This document shows, piece by piece, positions 1-8,034 of a stretch of DNA of 26,862 nucleotides. A program made the position numbers and the translations under genes. The stretch comes from a virus (taxonomy: Duplodnaviria; Caudoviricetes): positions 1 through 26,862 of IMG/VR virus record IMGVR_UViG_3300006810_000312; one strand, given 5' to 3'. The notes under the pieces are model-generated. The model saw only the letters and a list, made by a program, of their open reading frames with translations, was not told the origin of the DNA and made no database searches. Positions within the stretch are counted from its first letter, which is position 1. Every line of letters starts with the position of its first letter.

Positions 1-396
1 CTTGACTATAGAAGACTTGGAAAGCAAAGAGTCGAATGCCTACAAATAATAAATTGCTTAGAAGGGCGTAGGCAATCTTGGCAAAACCACCCTGCTGTGC
101 TAATGTGGACAGGGCATATAGATGCCCTAAAAGCATACGGTAATGAGATGATAAAAGAATGGATCAGAAGAGGATACAATAATACAATGCGCCTTTGGGA
201 ACATGAAGAGATCATCAACCCCCCTTGGGCAAGCTTGCCTTCTTTTTGCTCTTCTCATAAATCAAACCTACTAAGAAAAGACCCTGCATACTATAGTAAA
301 TTTAACTGGAGTGTTAGCTCAGAGATTCCTTACTTTTGGCCTACCGTTGATTGGAATACAAAGAAAGGAAAAGAATGGAATGCAAGATTTCAATAA
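1..396 (+). CDS. Pyrimidine-dimer DNA glycosylase / T4 endonuclease V-like protein (MSMEG_6728-type), 5'-truncated
   Basis: Frame 1 is open from base 1: LDYRRLGKQRVECLQI...WQNHPAVLMWTGH...EWIRRGY...PPW...SHKSNLLRKDPAYY...YFWP, the motif series typical of this family. Confidence 0.85.
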   Translation, partial: LDYRRLGKQRVECLQIINCLEGRRQSWQNHPAVLMWTGHIDALKAYGNEMIKEWIRRGYNNTMRLWEHEEIINPPWASLPSFCSSHKSNLLRKDPAYYSKFNWSVSSEIPYFWPTVDWNTKKGKEWNARFQ

Positions 397-802
397 AAAA
401 TGGATGCAGTGGCACACCTTGCATGAAACAGTTTTAGCTTTTGAACACGAATATTGGATAAGGGAAAATGAAACTAACGACAGCAGTAAGCATTACAAGC
501 TTTTTTATTTGAGATGGGAAAAGCTTAATAAAATATCTAACCCAAGCATGTCAGATTGTTCGTTTATAGAGCTTGTTAAATATTACGACTTTTTAAGCGA
601 CCAATTGATAGACAGGTACGATAAAATACCAGAATATGTTATATGCATAGAAAGGATAGATAAACTTAGAAATCAATTTAGCTCAGAAGCATTCATCGAA
701 TCTGAAACCTTACCATATTTCTTTTCTGAAGAAATAGCAAGCGATTATGAAAAAGCAAAGATTTTCTACATTGAACCTAAAAATCGAATGAAAGGGCTAT
801 AA
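380..802 (+). CDS. Hypothetical protein
   Basis: ATG at 380 preceded by AGAAAGG at 362-368; overlaps the end of the upstream gene; in frame with track ORF 311..802. Confidence 0.7.
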   Translation: MQDFNKKWMQWHTLHETVLAFEHEYWIRENETNDSSKHYKLFYLRWEKLNKISNPSMSDCSFIELVKYYDFLSDQLIDRYDKIPEYVICIERIDKLRNQFSSEAFIESETLPYFFSEEIASDYEKAKIFYIEPKNRMKGL

Positions 803-803
803 T

Positions 804-1322
804 ATGTCAAGCGTAAGAATATCATATGAAGAATGTATTGAAATTGATCAGACCCTCAGCGTCTATGATGAGGATGGAAATCAAGTAGCTCTTGAAGATT
901 GGGACTCTTGCTCTGATGATATCTCTGCAACCGTAGATGGATATGTCATTAGCAAAGATGAGAAAGAAGAGTATGAAAAGCTTAAGGAAGAGCAGGAAGA
1001 GCGTGGACAAGACCAAGTAACATGGGTTTATGTTCACCTAAACAAGCATAGTGAGAACGAAGAAGATCATATCAAGCTTGTATTAAGACCTATCAAGCAA
1101 GAAAAAACAGATACTTATTTTAATGTAGATGTTTGGATAGAAGATCAGCACGACTTAAAACTGCTATACAAATATCTCCTTAACAAGGTCGTTGATCAAC
1201 TCTTTGAAAACAAAAGTCCAATATATCAACTCTATGAAAACAAAAGTCCAATAGTTGATCACAAAGAATCAAAGCATCCACAGCATAACATAGGGATTCA
1301 AGACACAACAATGGAGGTATAA
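804..1322 (+). CDS. Hypothetical acidic protein
   Basis: 172-aa ORF starting 1 nt after the previous stop; contains a 10-aa tandem duplication. Confidence 0.7.
   Translation: MSSVRISYEECIEIDQTLSVYDEDGNQVALEDWDSCSDDISATVDGYVISKDEKEEYEKLKEEQEERGQDQVTWVYVHLNKHSENEEDHIKLVLRPIKQEKTDTYFNVDVWIEDQHDLKLLYKYLLNKVVDQLFENKSPIYQLYENKSPIVDHKESKHPQHNIGIQDTTMEV
1195..1253 (+). repeat. 30-bp in-frame tandem duplication
   Basis: ATCAACTCTTTGAAAACAAAAGTCCAATA(T) followed by ATCAACTCTATGAAAACAAAAGTCCAATA, encoding QLFENKSPI-Y-QLYENKSPI. Confidence 0.95.
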
Positions 1323-1376
1323 CGAGATAATAAAAACAGATTATGCACTCAACGCCACTAATAGGAGATTTAATAG

Positions 1377-1883
1377 ATGGATAATTTTGAAAAAGCAGAA
1401 TTTGAATGGGCCGATTCCCACGTTCAAAACATAAATGAAATATATGACCGTATAAAATCAGTTAGCCCACAATCCAATTTCAAAAGATCGGATGCTAGAG
1501 ACTTATACCATAGCATGTTAAAAGATGAAGTATTCATAAACAGCAAATATCAAGTTATTGTCAGAAAAGTAATCCCTAATGATGTAGACCCTTTAAATCG
1601 TAAAGTAAACACAGATGTTTACTTTACGCATTTAAGCATCAAACGAATAGACAAACAACCCATAAAAGATTGGAGGGAAATGCAACAAATAAAAAACATG
1701 ATTTTGGGCGATGAGGTAGAAGCAGTTGAACTTTATCCTGCTGAATCAAGAAAAGTTGATGCGGCCAACCAATATCATATGTGGGCTTTACCCAAAGGGG
1801 AAAAATTTAATTTTGGATTTGATGAAGGAAGACTCACATCAGAATATGAAGATGATAAAATAAAGCAAAGGGAAGGTGCTTGA
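1377..1883 (+). CDS. Conserved phage protein of unknown function (DUF7694-like)
   Basis: Motif HLSIKRIDKQPIKDWREMQQIKNMILG-EVEAVELYPAESRKVDAANQYHMW; AGGAG RBS upstream. Confidence 0.75.
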   Translation: MDNFEKAEFEWADSHVQNINEIYDRIKSVSPQSNFKRSDARDLYHSMLKDEVFINSKYQVIVRKVIPNDVDPLNRKVNTDVYFTHLSIKRIDKQPIKDWREMQQIKNMILGDEVEAVELYPAESRKVDAANQYHMWALPKGEKFNFGFDEGRLTSEYEDDKIKQREGA

Positions 1884-1885
1884 TT

Positions 1886-1978
1886 ATGAAATGGATAGAA
1901 AGAATAACAATTGTCTCTATTTTAATGCTATTAGCAATACTCACACCTCAATTGATAGGACACTTATTAAGACACTAA
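1886..1978 (+). CDS. 30-aa hydrophobic single-TM peptide (not in ORF track)
   Basis: MKWIERITIVSILMLLAILTPQLIGHLLRH; starts 2 nt after the upstream TGA, with GGAAGGT upstream. Confidence 0.5.
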   Translation: MKWIERITIVSILMLLAILTPQLIGHLLRH

Positions 1979-2014
1979 AAAAAAGAGTGCAACGGTCACC
2001 ACACCGTTGCACTC
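1977..2014 (-). terminator. Intrinsic terminator with its U-tract on the minus strand
   Basis: Perfect 12-bp stem GAGTGCAACGGT/ACCGTTGCACTC (1985-2014) preceded by A8 on +, i.e. followed by U8 on -. Confidence 0.7.
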
Positions 2015-2047
2015 AACCAAACAAATGAAGAAAGAAAGGGTAGACAA

Positions 2048-2113
2048 ATGTTACTCTATCAGAACACTGTCCAACCCAAATGTATCAAATGGAAACCGAA
2101 ACGTCAAGGATAA
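2048..2113 (+). CDS. 21-aa micro-ORF (not in ORF track)
   Basis: AGAAAGGG (2033-2040) well spaced from ATG 2048; MLLYQNTVQPKCIKWKPKRQG; stop is 1 nt before the next ATG. Confidence 0.4.
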   Translation: MLLYQNTVQPKCIKWKPKRQG

Positions 2114-2114
2114 C

Positions 2115-2228
2115 ATGTCAATATTTAAAAAAATAGGATGGAATTGTTCAACCTGTAATTGGTGGAACAACACAAAAAGGCGTAAATGTTGGTGCTGTGG
2201 AGCTTGGAAAAGATCAAAGACTCGTTGA
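2115..2228 (+). CDS. 37-aa RanBP2-type zinc-finger microprotein
   Basis: WNCSTCNWWNNTKRRKCWCC fits W-x-C-x2-C-x3-N-x6-C-x2-C; AAGGA at 2106-2110 precedes ATG 2115. Confidence 0.6.
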   Translation: MSIFKKIGWNCSTCNWWNNTKRRKCWCCGAWKRSKTR

Positions 2229-2253
2229 CGGCACTATACGTTTATAGTATATT
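2225..2253 (+). promoter_or_regulatory. Sigma70-type promoter with inverted repeat in the spacer
   Basis: TTGACG-N17-TATATT; ACTATA-cgtt-TATAGT palindrome at 2233-2248. Confidence 0.65.
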
Positions 2254-2289
2254 ATATAAGTATACATTCAACTAAAAAGGAGCAACCTT

Positions 2290-2673
2290 TTGATCACATT
2301 AAAGCAATATAAGATAGTAACAGGAAATCCCGGTGCTTACTATCTAACCATACCGCCAGAATACATACGGACTTTTTCCCTATCTAAATCACAGAGGCTT
2401 TATGCGTATATGGGAGAAAGAGAGTTGAGGTTTAAGCGCAATTCTGTAGTGACATCGACTCAAGATAATAGTCTAGTGCCTTTGGGAATGTATCATATAA
2501 GCAGTAATGGGCTTAGAGGACATAAAGTGACGGTTCCTAAAATTTTCATGAATGCAAAAAATCTTGATTTGGGATCTCAGTTGACAGCATCTATGACGAA
2601 GGAAGGTGATCTTGTTTACAGAAAGGAGTATAACGTAGACACCGTAAAAGAATACACAAACACCACTAAATAG
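2290..2673 (+). CDS. Tandem AbrB/MazE/SpoVT-like DNA-binding protein
   Basis: Two swapped-hairpin-like units: YYLTIPPEYIRTFSLSKSQRL and HKVTVPKIFMNAKNLDLGSQL...EGDLVY; AAGGAG RBS before TTG. Confidence 0.7.
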   Translation: MITLKQYKIVTGNPGAYYLTIPPEYIRTFSLSKSQRLYAYMGERELRFKRNSVVTSTQDNSLVPLGMYHISSNGLRGHKVTVPKIFMNAKNLDLGSQLTASMTKEGDLVYRKEYNVDTVKEYTNTTK

Positions 2674-2687
2674 AAGAAAGGGAAAAA

Positions 2688-3566
2688 ATGAGTGAATTAA
2701 TACAGACCATAACAGAGACAAAAAACATATCTCTATATCCTCAAGTAGGGGAATGGTCAATGATGAATGATATGGCTAAAACGCTAATATCATCTGGAAT
2801 GCTTCCATCTTCAATAGACACACCACAGAAAGCAATGGCAGTGATGCTTAAGGGAAGAGAGTTAGGGATACCTGCCATGCAGAGCTTTACACATATTTAT
2901 GTAGTAGAAGGCAAACCTGCTTGCTCCAGTGAGCTTATGCTTGCATTGATGGCAAGGGGGGGAGTTAGTTGGGAATGGTTAGATGATGGAAGAGGAAAAA
3001 ATAAGTGTGCAGTTATTAATTTCTCAAGACAAGGTTTTCCAGATTACGTATCTTCCTTTTCTTATGAGGATGCCGAAAAGATAGTCAAGTATGAAAAAGG
3101 AAAGCCTGTAAAAGCAACAGAAACCTATACATGGAAGCAATATTTGCCTAACATGCTTAGGGCTAGGGCGATATCCAATGGGGCTAGAGTGTTTGCACCG
3201 GACCTTATTGGAGGAATGTCTTATACTGTAGAAGAGCTAATAGATCATGATAGCGTAAACGCTATAGAGGTGGAAGTAAAAGAAGTTAATAGTGAGTTGG
3301 CTGAGGCCAATAAGGTTAAGTTAGAAAAGAAGAAAGAATCTCAACGCGCCTCTCAATATAAAAAGATACTTAATGCCGTAGAGCAGTTTGGAATAGCGGT
3401 TGGGAATACTGATGCTGTAAAATCTTATTTCAGTGATGAATTAGGGGTTGACTTAAAGGATGAAGATCCCTGCTTGACTCTGGAAGATTTAGATCCAATT
3501 GAAGACTTAGAAGCAGTGTTGTCAAGGCTAAGGGTTATCTACAAAGAAGTTAAAGAGACTCTGTAA
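2688..3566 (+). CDS. recT: RecT/Red-beta-like single-strand annealing protein
   Basis: TPQKAMAVMLKGRELGIPAMQSFTHIYVVEGKP and WKQYLPNMLRARAISNGARVFAPDLIGGMSYTVEEL motifs. Confidence 0.8.
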   Translation: MSELIQTITETKNISLYPQVGEWSMMNDMAKTLISSGMLPSSIDTPQKAMAVMLKGRELGIPAMQSFTHIYVVEGKPACSSELMLALMARGGVSWEWLDDGRGKNKCAVINFSRQGFPDYVSSFSYEDAEKIVKYEKGKPVKATETYTWKQYLPNMLRARAISNGARVFAPDLIGGMSYTVEELIDHDSVNAIEVEVKEVNSELAEANKVKLEKKKESQRASQYKKILNAVEQFGIAVGNTDAVKSYFSDELGVDLKDEDPCLTLEDLDPIEDLEAVLSRLRVIYKEVKETL

Positions 3567-3575
3567 TCTGTTCAT

Positions 3576-3644
3576 CTATCTTCGTATATACGAAGATGCG
3601 AGGCATATAAAGTGCCTTACTATCTTCGTATATACGAAGATGCG
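3576..3644. repeat. Two direct copies of a 25-bp unit containing a perfect 20-bp palindrome
   Basis: CTATCTTCGTATATACGAAGATGCG at 3576-3600 and 3620-3644; palindrome ATCTTCGTAT/ATACGAAGAT; AGGCA/TGCCT inverted repeat between the copies. Confidence 0.95.
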
Positions 3645-3658
3645 GCCTAAGTCACTAT

Positions 3659-3769
3659 AAAAAATACTTAAAAAAGCTTATAAAACCTTTAAAAATAGGC
3701 TTTTATTTCTTGCGCCAAGTTTTGATTTATACTATATTTAATTAGTGTTTTGAAATAGTTTCAAAACAC
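3659..3769 (+). promoter_or_regulatory. Sigma70-type promoter with phased upstream A-tracts and a downstream palindrome
   Basis: A-tracts at 3659, 3670, 3682 and 3691; TTGCGC(3710)-N17-TATATT(3733); GTGTTTTGAAA-tag-TTTCAAAACAC at 3745-3769. Confidence 0.6.
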
Positions 3770-3797
3770 CTTTTAACTGCTTATTTTTATTTATTAT

Positions 3798-3829
<32 letters not shown>

Positions 3830-3870
3830 CTAGAAAAAAATAAGCGAACTTTAAGAAAGGGGATCACCTC

Positions 3871-4338
3871 ATGAGTGAGTTTTTTGACGATTACATTGAA
3901 GAGCCAGTGGAAGACGATCTTTCCGACATTGGCGAAGAGGATCGTTTGCCAGATGAAGGGTGGTACAGGGCTAAAGTTTTGAGTGTTAGCTCTAGGCCCA
4001 CAAGAAAAGGGGATGCGATGCGAACCGTCACTTTCTCTTTGAACAGCACTAACGGACATGAATGCCGTGAATACTTTGCTATAGGAGTGCAAGGCAAAGG
4101 AGGAGAATACGCTAAACGCAGATACCGTATTCTTGCTCGTTGCTGTGGAATTGTTGAAAACGATAAAGGCGAATTCAAGTTTACCACTTCTGACATTGAA
4201 GGATCTGAGCTTTACGTCAGAACGGAAGTAGAGAAAACTGAAGGATATGACCCTTCTTTGAAGATCAAAGAGTTTAGAGAGCTATCTGAAGTCCCAGATG
4301 ATGTAAACGGGGATGATGGAGGAGGAGCACCCTTCTAA
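3871..4338 (+). CDS. DUF669-like putative single-stranded DNA-binding protein
   Basis: LPDEGWYRAKVLSV...KGDAMRTVTF OB-fold-like pattern; acidic tail ending DDGGGAPF; located next to the annealase. Confidence 0.7.
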   Translation: MSEFFDDYIEEPVEDDLSDIGEEDRLPDEGWYRAKVLSVSSRPTRKGDAMRTVTFSLNSTNGHECREYFAIGVQGKGGEYAKRRYRILARCCGIVENDKGEFKFTTSDIEGSELYVRTEVEKTEGYDPSLKIKEFRELSEVPDDVNGDDGGGAPF

Positions 4339-4820
4339 TGGACTCTAAAGTATGCAATAAATGCAATGAACGTCTTTTTCTGGAAGACTTTTACCTCAAG
4401 CGTGGATCTAAGGATGGAAGAGAATCTATTTGCATAGAATGCAAAAAGCTTAAGTCTAAGACTAATAGGAAAAAGAATAGGGAACATTACCTTGCATACG
4501 ACAAAGAAAGAAACTCAACCCTCAAGCGACTAGACGAAAGGAGAGAGTACCAAAAAAGTGAAAGAGGAAAAAAGACCGCTTCCTCTTACAGGCAGAAGGT
4601 TTCTGGGACTATCAAATCGGAAGCCCAGAAGTTGGCTAAAATGGCTATAGAAAGGGGTGACATTAAAAAGCCTTTGCAATGTGAAGATTGCAAGAAATTT
4701 ACTTATGCCTTACAAGCACACCACAAAGATTATACGAAACCTTATGATGTAAACTTCCTTTGTATCGACTGCCATAACATTGCAGACAAGATACGAAGAC
4801 AACAAGAATCTGACCGTTAG
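4338..4820 (+). CDS. Zinc-binding HNH-like endonuclease
   Basis: N-terminal CNKC/CIEC, then CEDC...AHHKDYTKPYDVNFLCIDCH. Confidence 0.75.
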   Translation: MDSKVCNKCNERLFLEDFYLKRGSKDGRESICIECKKLKSKTNRKKNREHYLAYDKERNSTLKRLDERREYQKSERGKKTASSYRQKVSGTIKSEAQKLAKMAIERGDIKKPLQCEDCKKFTYALQAHHKDYTKPYDVNFLCIDCHNIADKIRRQQESDR

Positions 4821-4831
4821 GTCAGTGGGGA

Positions 4832-4899
4832 GTGTGGTGAAAGATAATTCGATGCTATAGTGACAAGGGGAGTGCTTTAGCATGTATCTTTCACCACAC
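4832..4899 (+). other. Long intergenic stem-loop
   Basis: 15-bp perfect outer stem GTGTGGTGAAAGATA/TATCTTTCACCACAC plus inner ATGCTA/TAGCAT stem. Confidence 0.8.
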
Positions 4900-4927
4900 A
4901 CTAAAACAATTTAAAGAAAGGGAACAA

Positions 4928-5674
4928 ATGTTAGAATCAGTATACGGCCATTTAAGAGACTTAGATTACTTGAAGCAAATAGAAACACCTCCTAAAACTA
5001 AAACCTTTAGTCCGATATCTCATTTTGATTTTGTGAATCTGATTCAAGAAACATCAGTAAAATGCCTTTCACCTCATGGCTTTCAGTTGGGAGATACCAG
5101 AGTTTTAACTTCTGGGAATGACAAGCGTATCTTTGGAACTATGGCTTTCCAAAAGCCAAACGAATCCTCCCAAAACCCTCTCATAAGCATGATTTCTCTA
5201 TCAGTAGGATTTCGCCAATCTACAGACAAGACAATGGCGGCGGCATTTGCCATAGGTGGGCAAGTAAATGTTTGTAGTAATGGCATGTTTAGTGGAGATG
5301 AAGTAGTATTCCGCAGACACACCGGAGACATAGAAAATGTTTTGAAAGAGAAGCTTATACTGGGATTGCATGATGCAGATAAGGACTATGAAAAAGTCCT
5401 TAACACCGCATACCAATTGCAATCTAAGCATCTATCGGACGATGAGGCTTACTCCTATTTCGGAAAAGCATATGGACGAAAAATTCTTTCGCCTAATCAG
5501 TTTACTGTAGCAGTGAAAGAATGGGAAGAACCTTCATACGATCATGGAGAAAAAACAGCATGGAGATGGTACAATGCCATGACCCAATCTTTCAAAATGG
5601 TCCCTCACAATACAACAATAAAAAGGCATATTGAATTACATAAATTCTGTGCCGAACCTTTTTCTCTCAATTGA
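4928..5674 (+). CDS. DUF932/DUF945-like phage protein
   Basis: PISHFDFV, SVGFRQSTDKTMAAAFAIGGQVNVCSNGMFSG, RRHTG and TAWRWYNAMT motifs. Confidence 0.75.
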   Translation: MLESVYGHLRDLDYLKQIETPPKTKTFSPISHFDFVNLIQETSVKCLSPHGFQLGDTRVLTSGNDKRIFGTMAFQKPNESSQNPLISMISLSVGFRQSTDKTMAAAFAIGGQVNVCSNGMFSGDEVVFRRHTGDIENVLKEKLILGLHDADKDYEKVLNTAYQLQSKHLSDDEAYSYFGKAYGRKILSPNQFTVAVKEWEEPSYDHGEKTAWRWYNAMTQSFKMVPHNTTIKRHIELHKFCAEPFSLN

Positions 5675-5688
5675 TTGGAGTCTGATCA

Positions 5689-5868
5689 ATGAAAAAATTA
5701 TTTTGTTGTTTGTGCGATATAGAGATTTATGGATACGGGCATAATCCAAGTCCATTGTCTCAAGGAATTGAAGATAGGTGTTGCGATGAATGCAATACAA
5801 CTAAAGTCATACCTACGAGAATGGGAATACTCATCTCAACAGACTCTAATCGGAGTAAATCTAAATGA
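5689..5868 (+). CDS. 59-aa Cys-rich phage protein (not in ORF track)
   Basis: MKKLFCCLCDIEIYGYGHNPSPL...DRCCDECNTTKVIPTR; GGAG RBS; ATGA overlap with the next gene. Confidence 0.75.
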   Translation: MKKLFCCLCDIEIYGYGHNPSPLSQGIEDRCCDECNTTKVIPTRMGILISTDSNRSKSK

Positions 5869-6062
5869 ACATTGAAGAAGCAATGTCTGAACTTAAAGAC
5901 CTTCTCTCTAAGTCTTATTGCATATTAGGAAGAGAAGATTCAGCTAATAAACAGGAAGCCTTAGAGGAACTAGATGATTTTTTGAAAAAGGCTATGCCTT
6001 ACCTTAGAAAGCTAAATGATATAGCCCACGAAAAACATGAGGAAGCACCTATAGAAGCTTAA
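5865..6062 (+). CDS. Hypothetical helical protein
   Basis: 65-aa ORF coupled to the upstream gene by ATGA. Confidence 0.65.
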   Translation: MNIEEAMSELKDLLSKSYCILGREDSANKQEALEELDDFLKKAMPYLRKLNDIAHEKHEEAPIEA

Positions 6063-6070
6063 TCATAATA

Positions 6071-6115
6071 AGAGAGGGGAGAGGGCTATTCCTCTTGCCC
6101 TTGCTCCTCTCTTTT
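6071..6115 (+). terminator. Imperfect hairpin followed by a short T-run
   Basis: AGAGAGGGG-AGAGGGC...GCCCT-TG-CTCCTCTCT then TTT. Confidence 0.5.
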
Positions 6116-6138
6116 GAGAAAGAAAGGAAATCACCACA

Positions 6139-8034
6139 ATGAGTCTCAACAAAGAGCAATCCACCGCTGTATCTTTACATCATGGACATATTTGCGTAGT
6201 AGCAGGTGCAGGATCTGGAAAGACCAAGGTCTTAACAGAGCGCATCGTAAATATGATACAATCGGGAATAAGTCCAGATGGAATCCTCGCTTTTACCTTC
6301 ACTAAAAAAGCCGCAGAAGAAATGAAAGAAAGGCTAAATAGCCTTTTTGGAAATGATTCTTCTATTGTAGATAGAATGTTTGTTGGAACCATACATTCTC
6401 TTTTCAATTCTGTTCTAAGTAGTCACTTGAAGGATTTCGACAAAGCTTATTCAAGAGGTTACTCGTTGATACAGGATTGGCAACAAAAGAAAATATTGAA
6501 GTCTATACATGATAAAAATTTATTTATCCGAGATGGGATGGGAGAAAAAGAAGCACTTAGGGTTATAGGAAAAGCAAAAAATATGGGATTTTCCGTAGAT
6601 GATTTAGCTGTCTATTTGGACTCTCAAGGATCAGAGAGGATAATGGTAGATTATTTTTGTGAGTGCTACCATCAATACGAGCTTCATAAAAGAAGTGAAG
6701 CATTAATAGACTTTGATGATATGCTTTTTCTGTCAAAGAAAATATTCAACAAAGACCCTAAAGTGTTAGATAAGTGGCAAAGCAAATTTACACACATAAG
6801 CATTGATGAGTATCAAGATATAAACCCACTACAAGAATCATTAATACATCAACTGCAAGGGAAGTGTGAGAATTTATTTGTCGTAGGAGATCCAAAGCAA
6901 TCAATATACTCTTTCAGAGCATCGGACCCTTCATTCATTCTTAATTTTTCTACTAAGTATCCTAATTGTAAAATCATAACGCTCAATAAGAATTATAGAT
7001 GCGCCAAAACAATAATGGATCACGCTAATAGCCTAATCTCATACAACCCCGAAGGAGATGAGATGAAGGCAGAGCTAAAGATCAAAGGCAATGTAGACTA
7101 TCTTGGAGTTTACATGACCGCTTCAGAAGAAGCTGAAGCTATCGCAAACAGGATAGTTGAGCATAATGAAGACGGAGCAAAGTGGAAGGACTTTGCAGTG
7201 CTCTACAGATGCAACCACCAATCAAGAGCAATAGAAGATGCTCTTATAAGGATGCAAGTACCATATGAAGTTATAGGAAATAGCGGATTCTATAATCGGG
7301 CAGAAATAAAGGATATGTTAGCATACCTTGAAATAGCTAATGAAGCTAGAGATTTTCAAGACATGAAAACATTTGGGAGGATAGTAAATAAGCCAACCCG
7401 ATACCTTGGAGCAAAATTTACAGAAGAGCTTTTTAGCCAGATAGGCAACTACGATGACATAATAGATTGCTTAAGCTCTCACAATTTTAGAACCGTAAAT
7501 AAAAGATCTAATATAAATGTAGTATCTCTCACTAATGACATCATAAACTTATCCAACTTAACAGATCAAACACCTTCAAGTTGCATCTCTTATATAAGAG
7601 ATAAAATTGGATATGATAAATGGCTTGTTGAGAATAGGAATAATGAAGTAGAAGATGACACAGAAGTCCTTTCTAACCTAAATGAATTTTCTGCATCGTC
7701 TTCTAATTTTAAAACAGTTGGCACTATGCTTTCATATGTGGCAGATATACAGAGAAGATACTCTAATGGAGATAAGAATAATAATAAGGTGAAGCTTATG
7801 TCCTTACACAGAGCTAAAGGACTTGAGTTTCCCATTGTATTTATGTCTGGGATGTCTGATGTCTTACTACCTCATTCTAAGTCTCAATACATAGAGGAAG
7901 AAAGAAGACTTGCTTATGTAGGCGTGACCAGAGCACAGCAAACTCTTTATGTCTCATACTTTGAAAGTATGAGAGATCGATTTGTTGGGGCGAGTTCATT
8001 TCTGACAGAAATGGGAGTAGACATAGATGGTTAA
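6139..8034 (+). CDS. uvrD: UvrD/PcrA/Rep superfamily 1 DNA helicase
   Basis: AGAGSGKT, FTFTKKAA, DEYQD, VGDPKQSIYSFR, NYR, HRAKGLEF and EEERRLAYVGVTRA. Confidence 0.95.
   Translation: MSLNKEQSTAVSLHHGHICVVAGAGSGKTKVLTERIVNMIQSGISPDGILAFTFTKKAAEEMKERLNSLFGNDSSIVDRMFVGTIHSLFNSVLSSHLKDFDKAYSRGYSLIQDWQQKKILKSIHDKNLFIRDGMGEKEALRVIGKAKNMGFSVDDLAVYLDSQGSERIMVDYFCECYHQYELHKRSEALIDFDDMLFLSKKIFNKDPKVLDKWQSKFTHISIDEYQDINPLQESLIHQLQGKCENLFVVGDPKQSIYSFRASDPSFILNFSTKYPNCKIITLNKNYRCAKTIMDHANSLISYNPEGDEMKAELKIKGNVDYLGVYMTASEEAEAIANRIVEHNEDGAKWKDFAVLYRCNHQSRAIEDALIRMQVPYEVIGNSGFYNRAEIKDMLAYLEIANEARDFQDMKTFGRIVNKPTRYLGAKFTEELFSQIGNYDDIIDCLSSHNFRTVNKRSNINVVSLTNDIINLSNLTDQTPSSCISYIRDKIGYDKWLVENRNNEVEDDTEVLSNLNEFSASSSNFKTVGTMLSYVADIQRRYSNGDKNNNKVKLMSLHRAKGLEFPIVFMSGMSDVLLPHSKSQYIEEERRLAYVGVTRAQQTLYVSYFESMRDRFVGASSFLTEMGVDIDG

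Noticed and set aside
2007-2114. 73-aa version of the zinc-finger ORF
   Set aside because: The TTG lies inside the hairpin stem without an RBS; ATG 2115 is better supported.
3578-3641. Functional loxP site or cloning-vector contamination
   Set aside because: No 8-bp spacer, the outer ATAA/TTAT arm bases are absent, and the flanks are native phage genes.
3576-3644. Mini CRISPR array (two palindromic 25-bp repeats)
   Set aside because: Only two repeats, a 19-bp self-complementary spacer, a loopless palindrome and no cas genes in the window.
3860-3870. GGATCACCTC identical to the 16S rRNA 3' tail beside the SSB start
   Set aside because: A 10-nt match is compatible with chance, there is no other rRNA similarity, and self-pairing with the SD is weak.
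4810-4899. tRNA gene
   Set aside because: Folds as a rod rather than a cloverleaf; no properly placed T-arm or acceptor stem.
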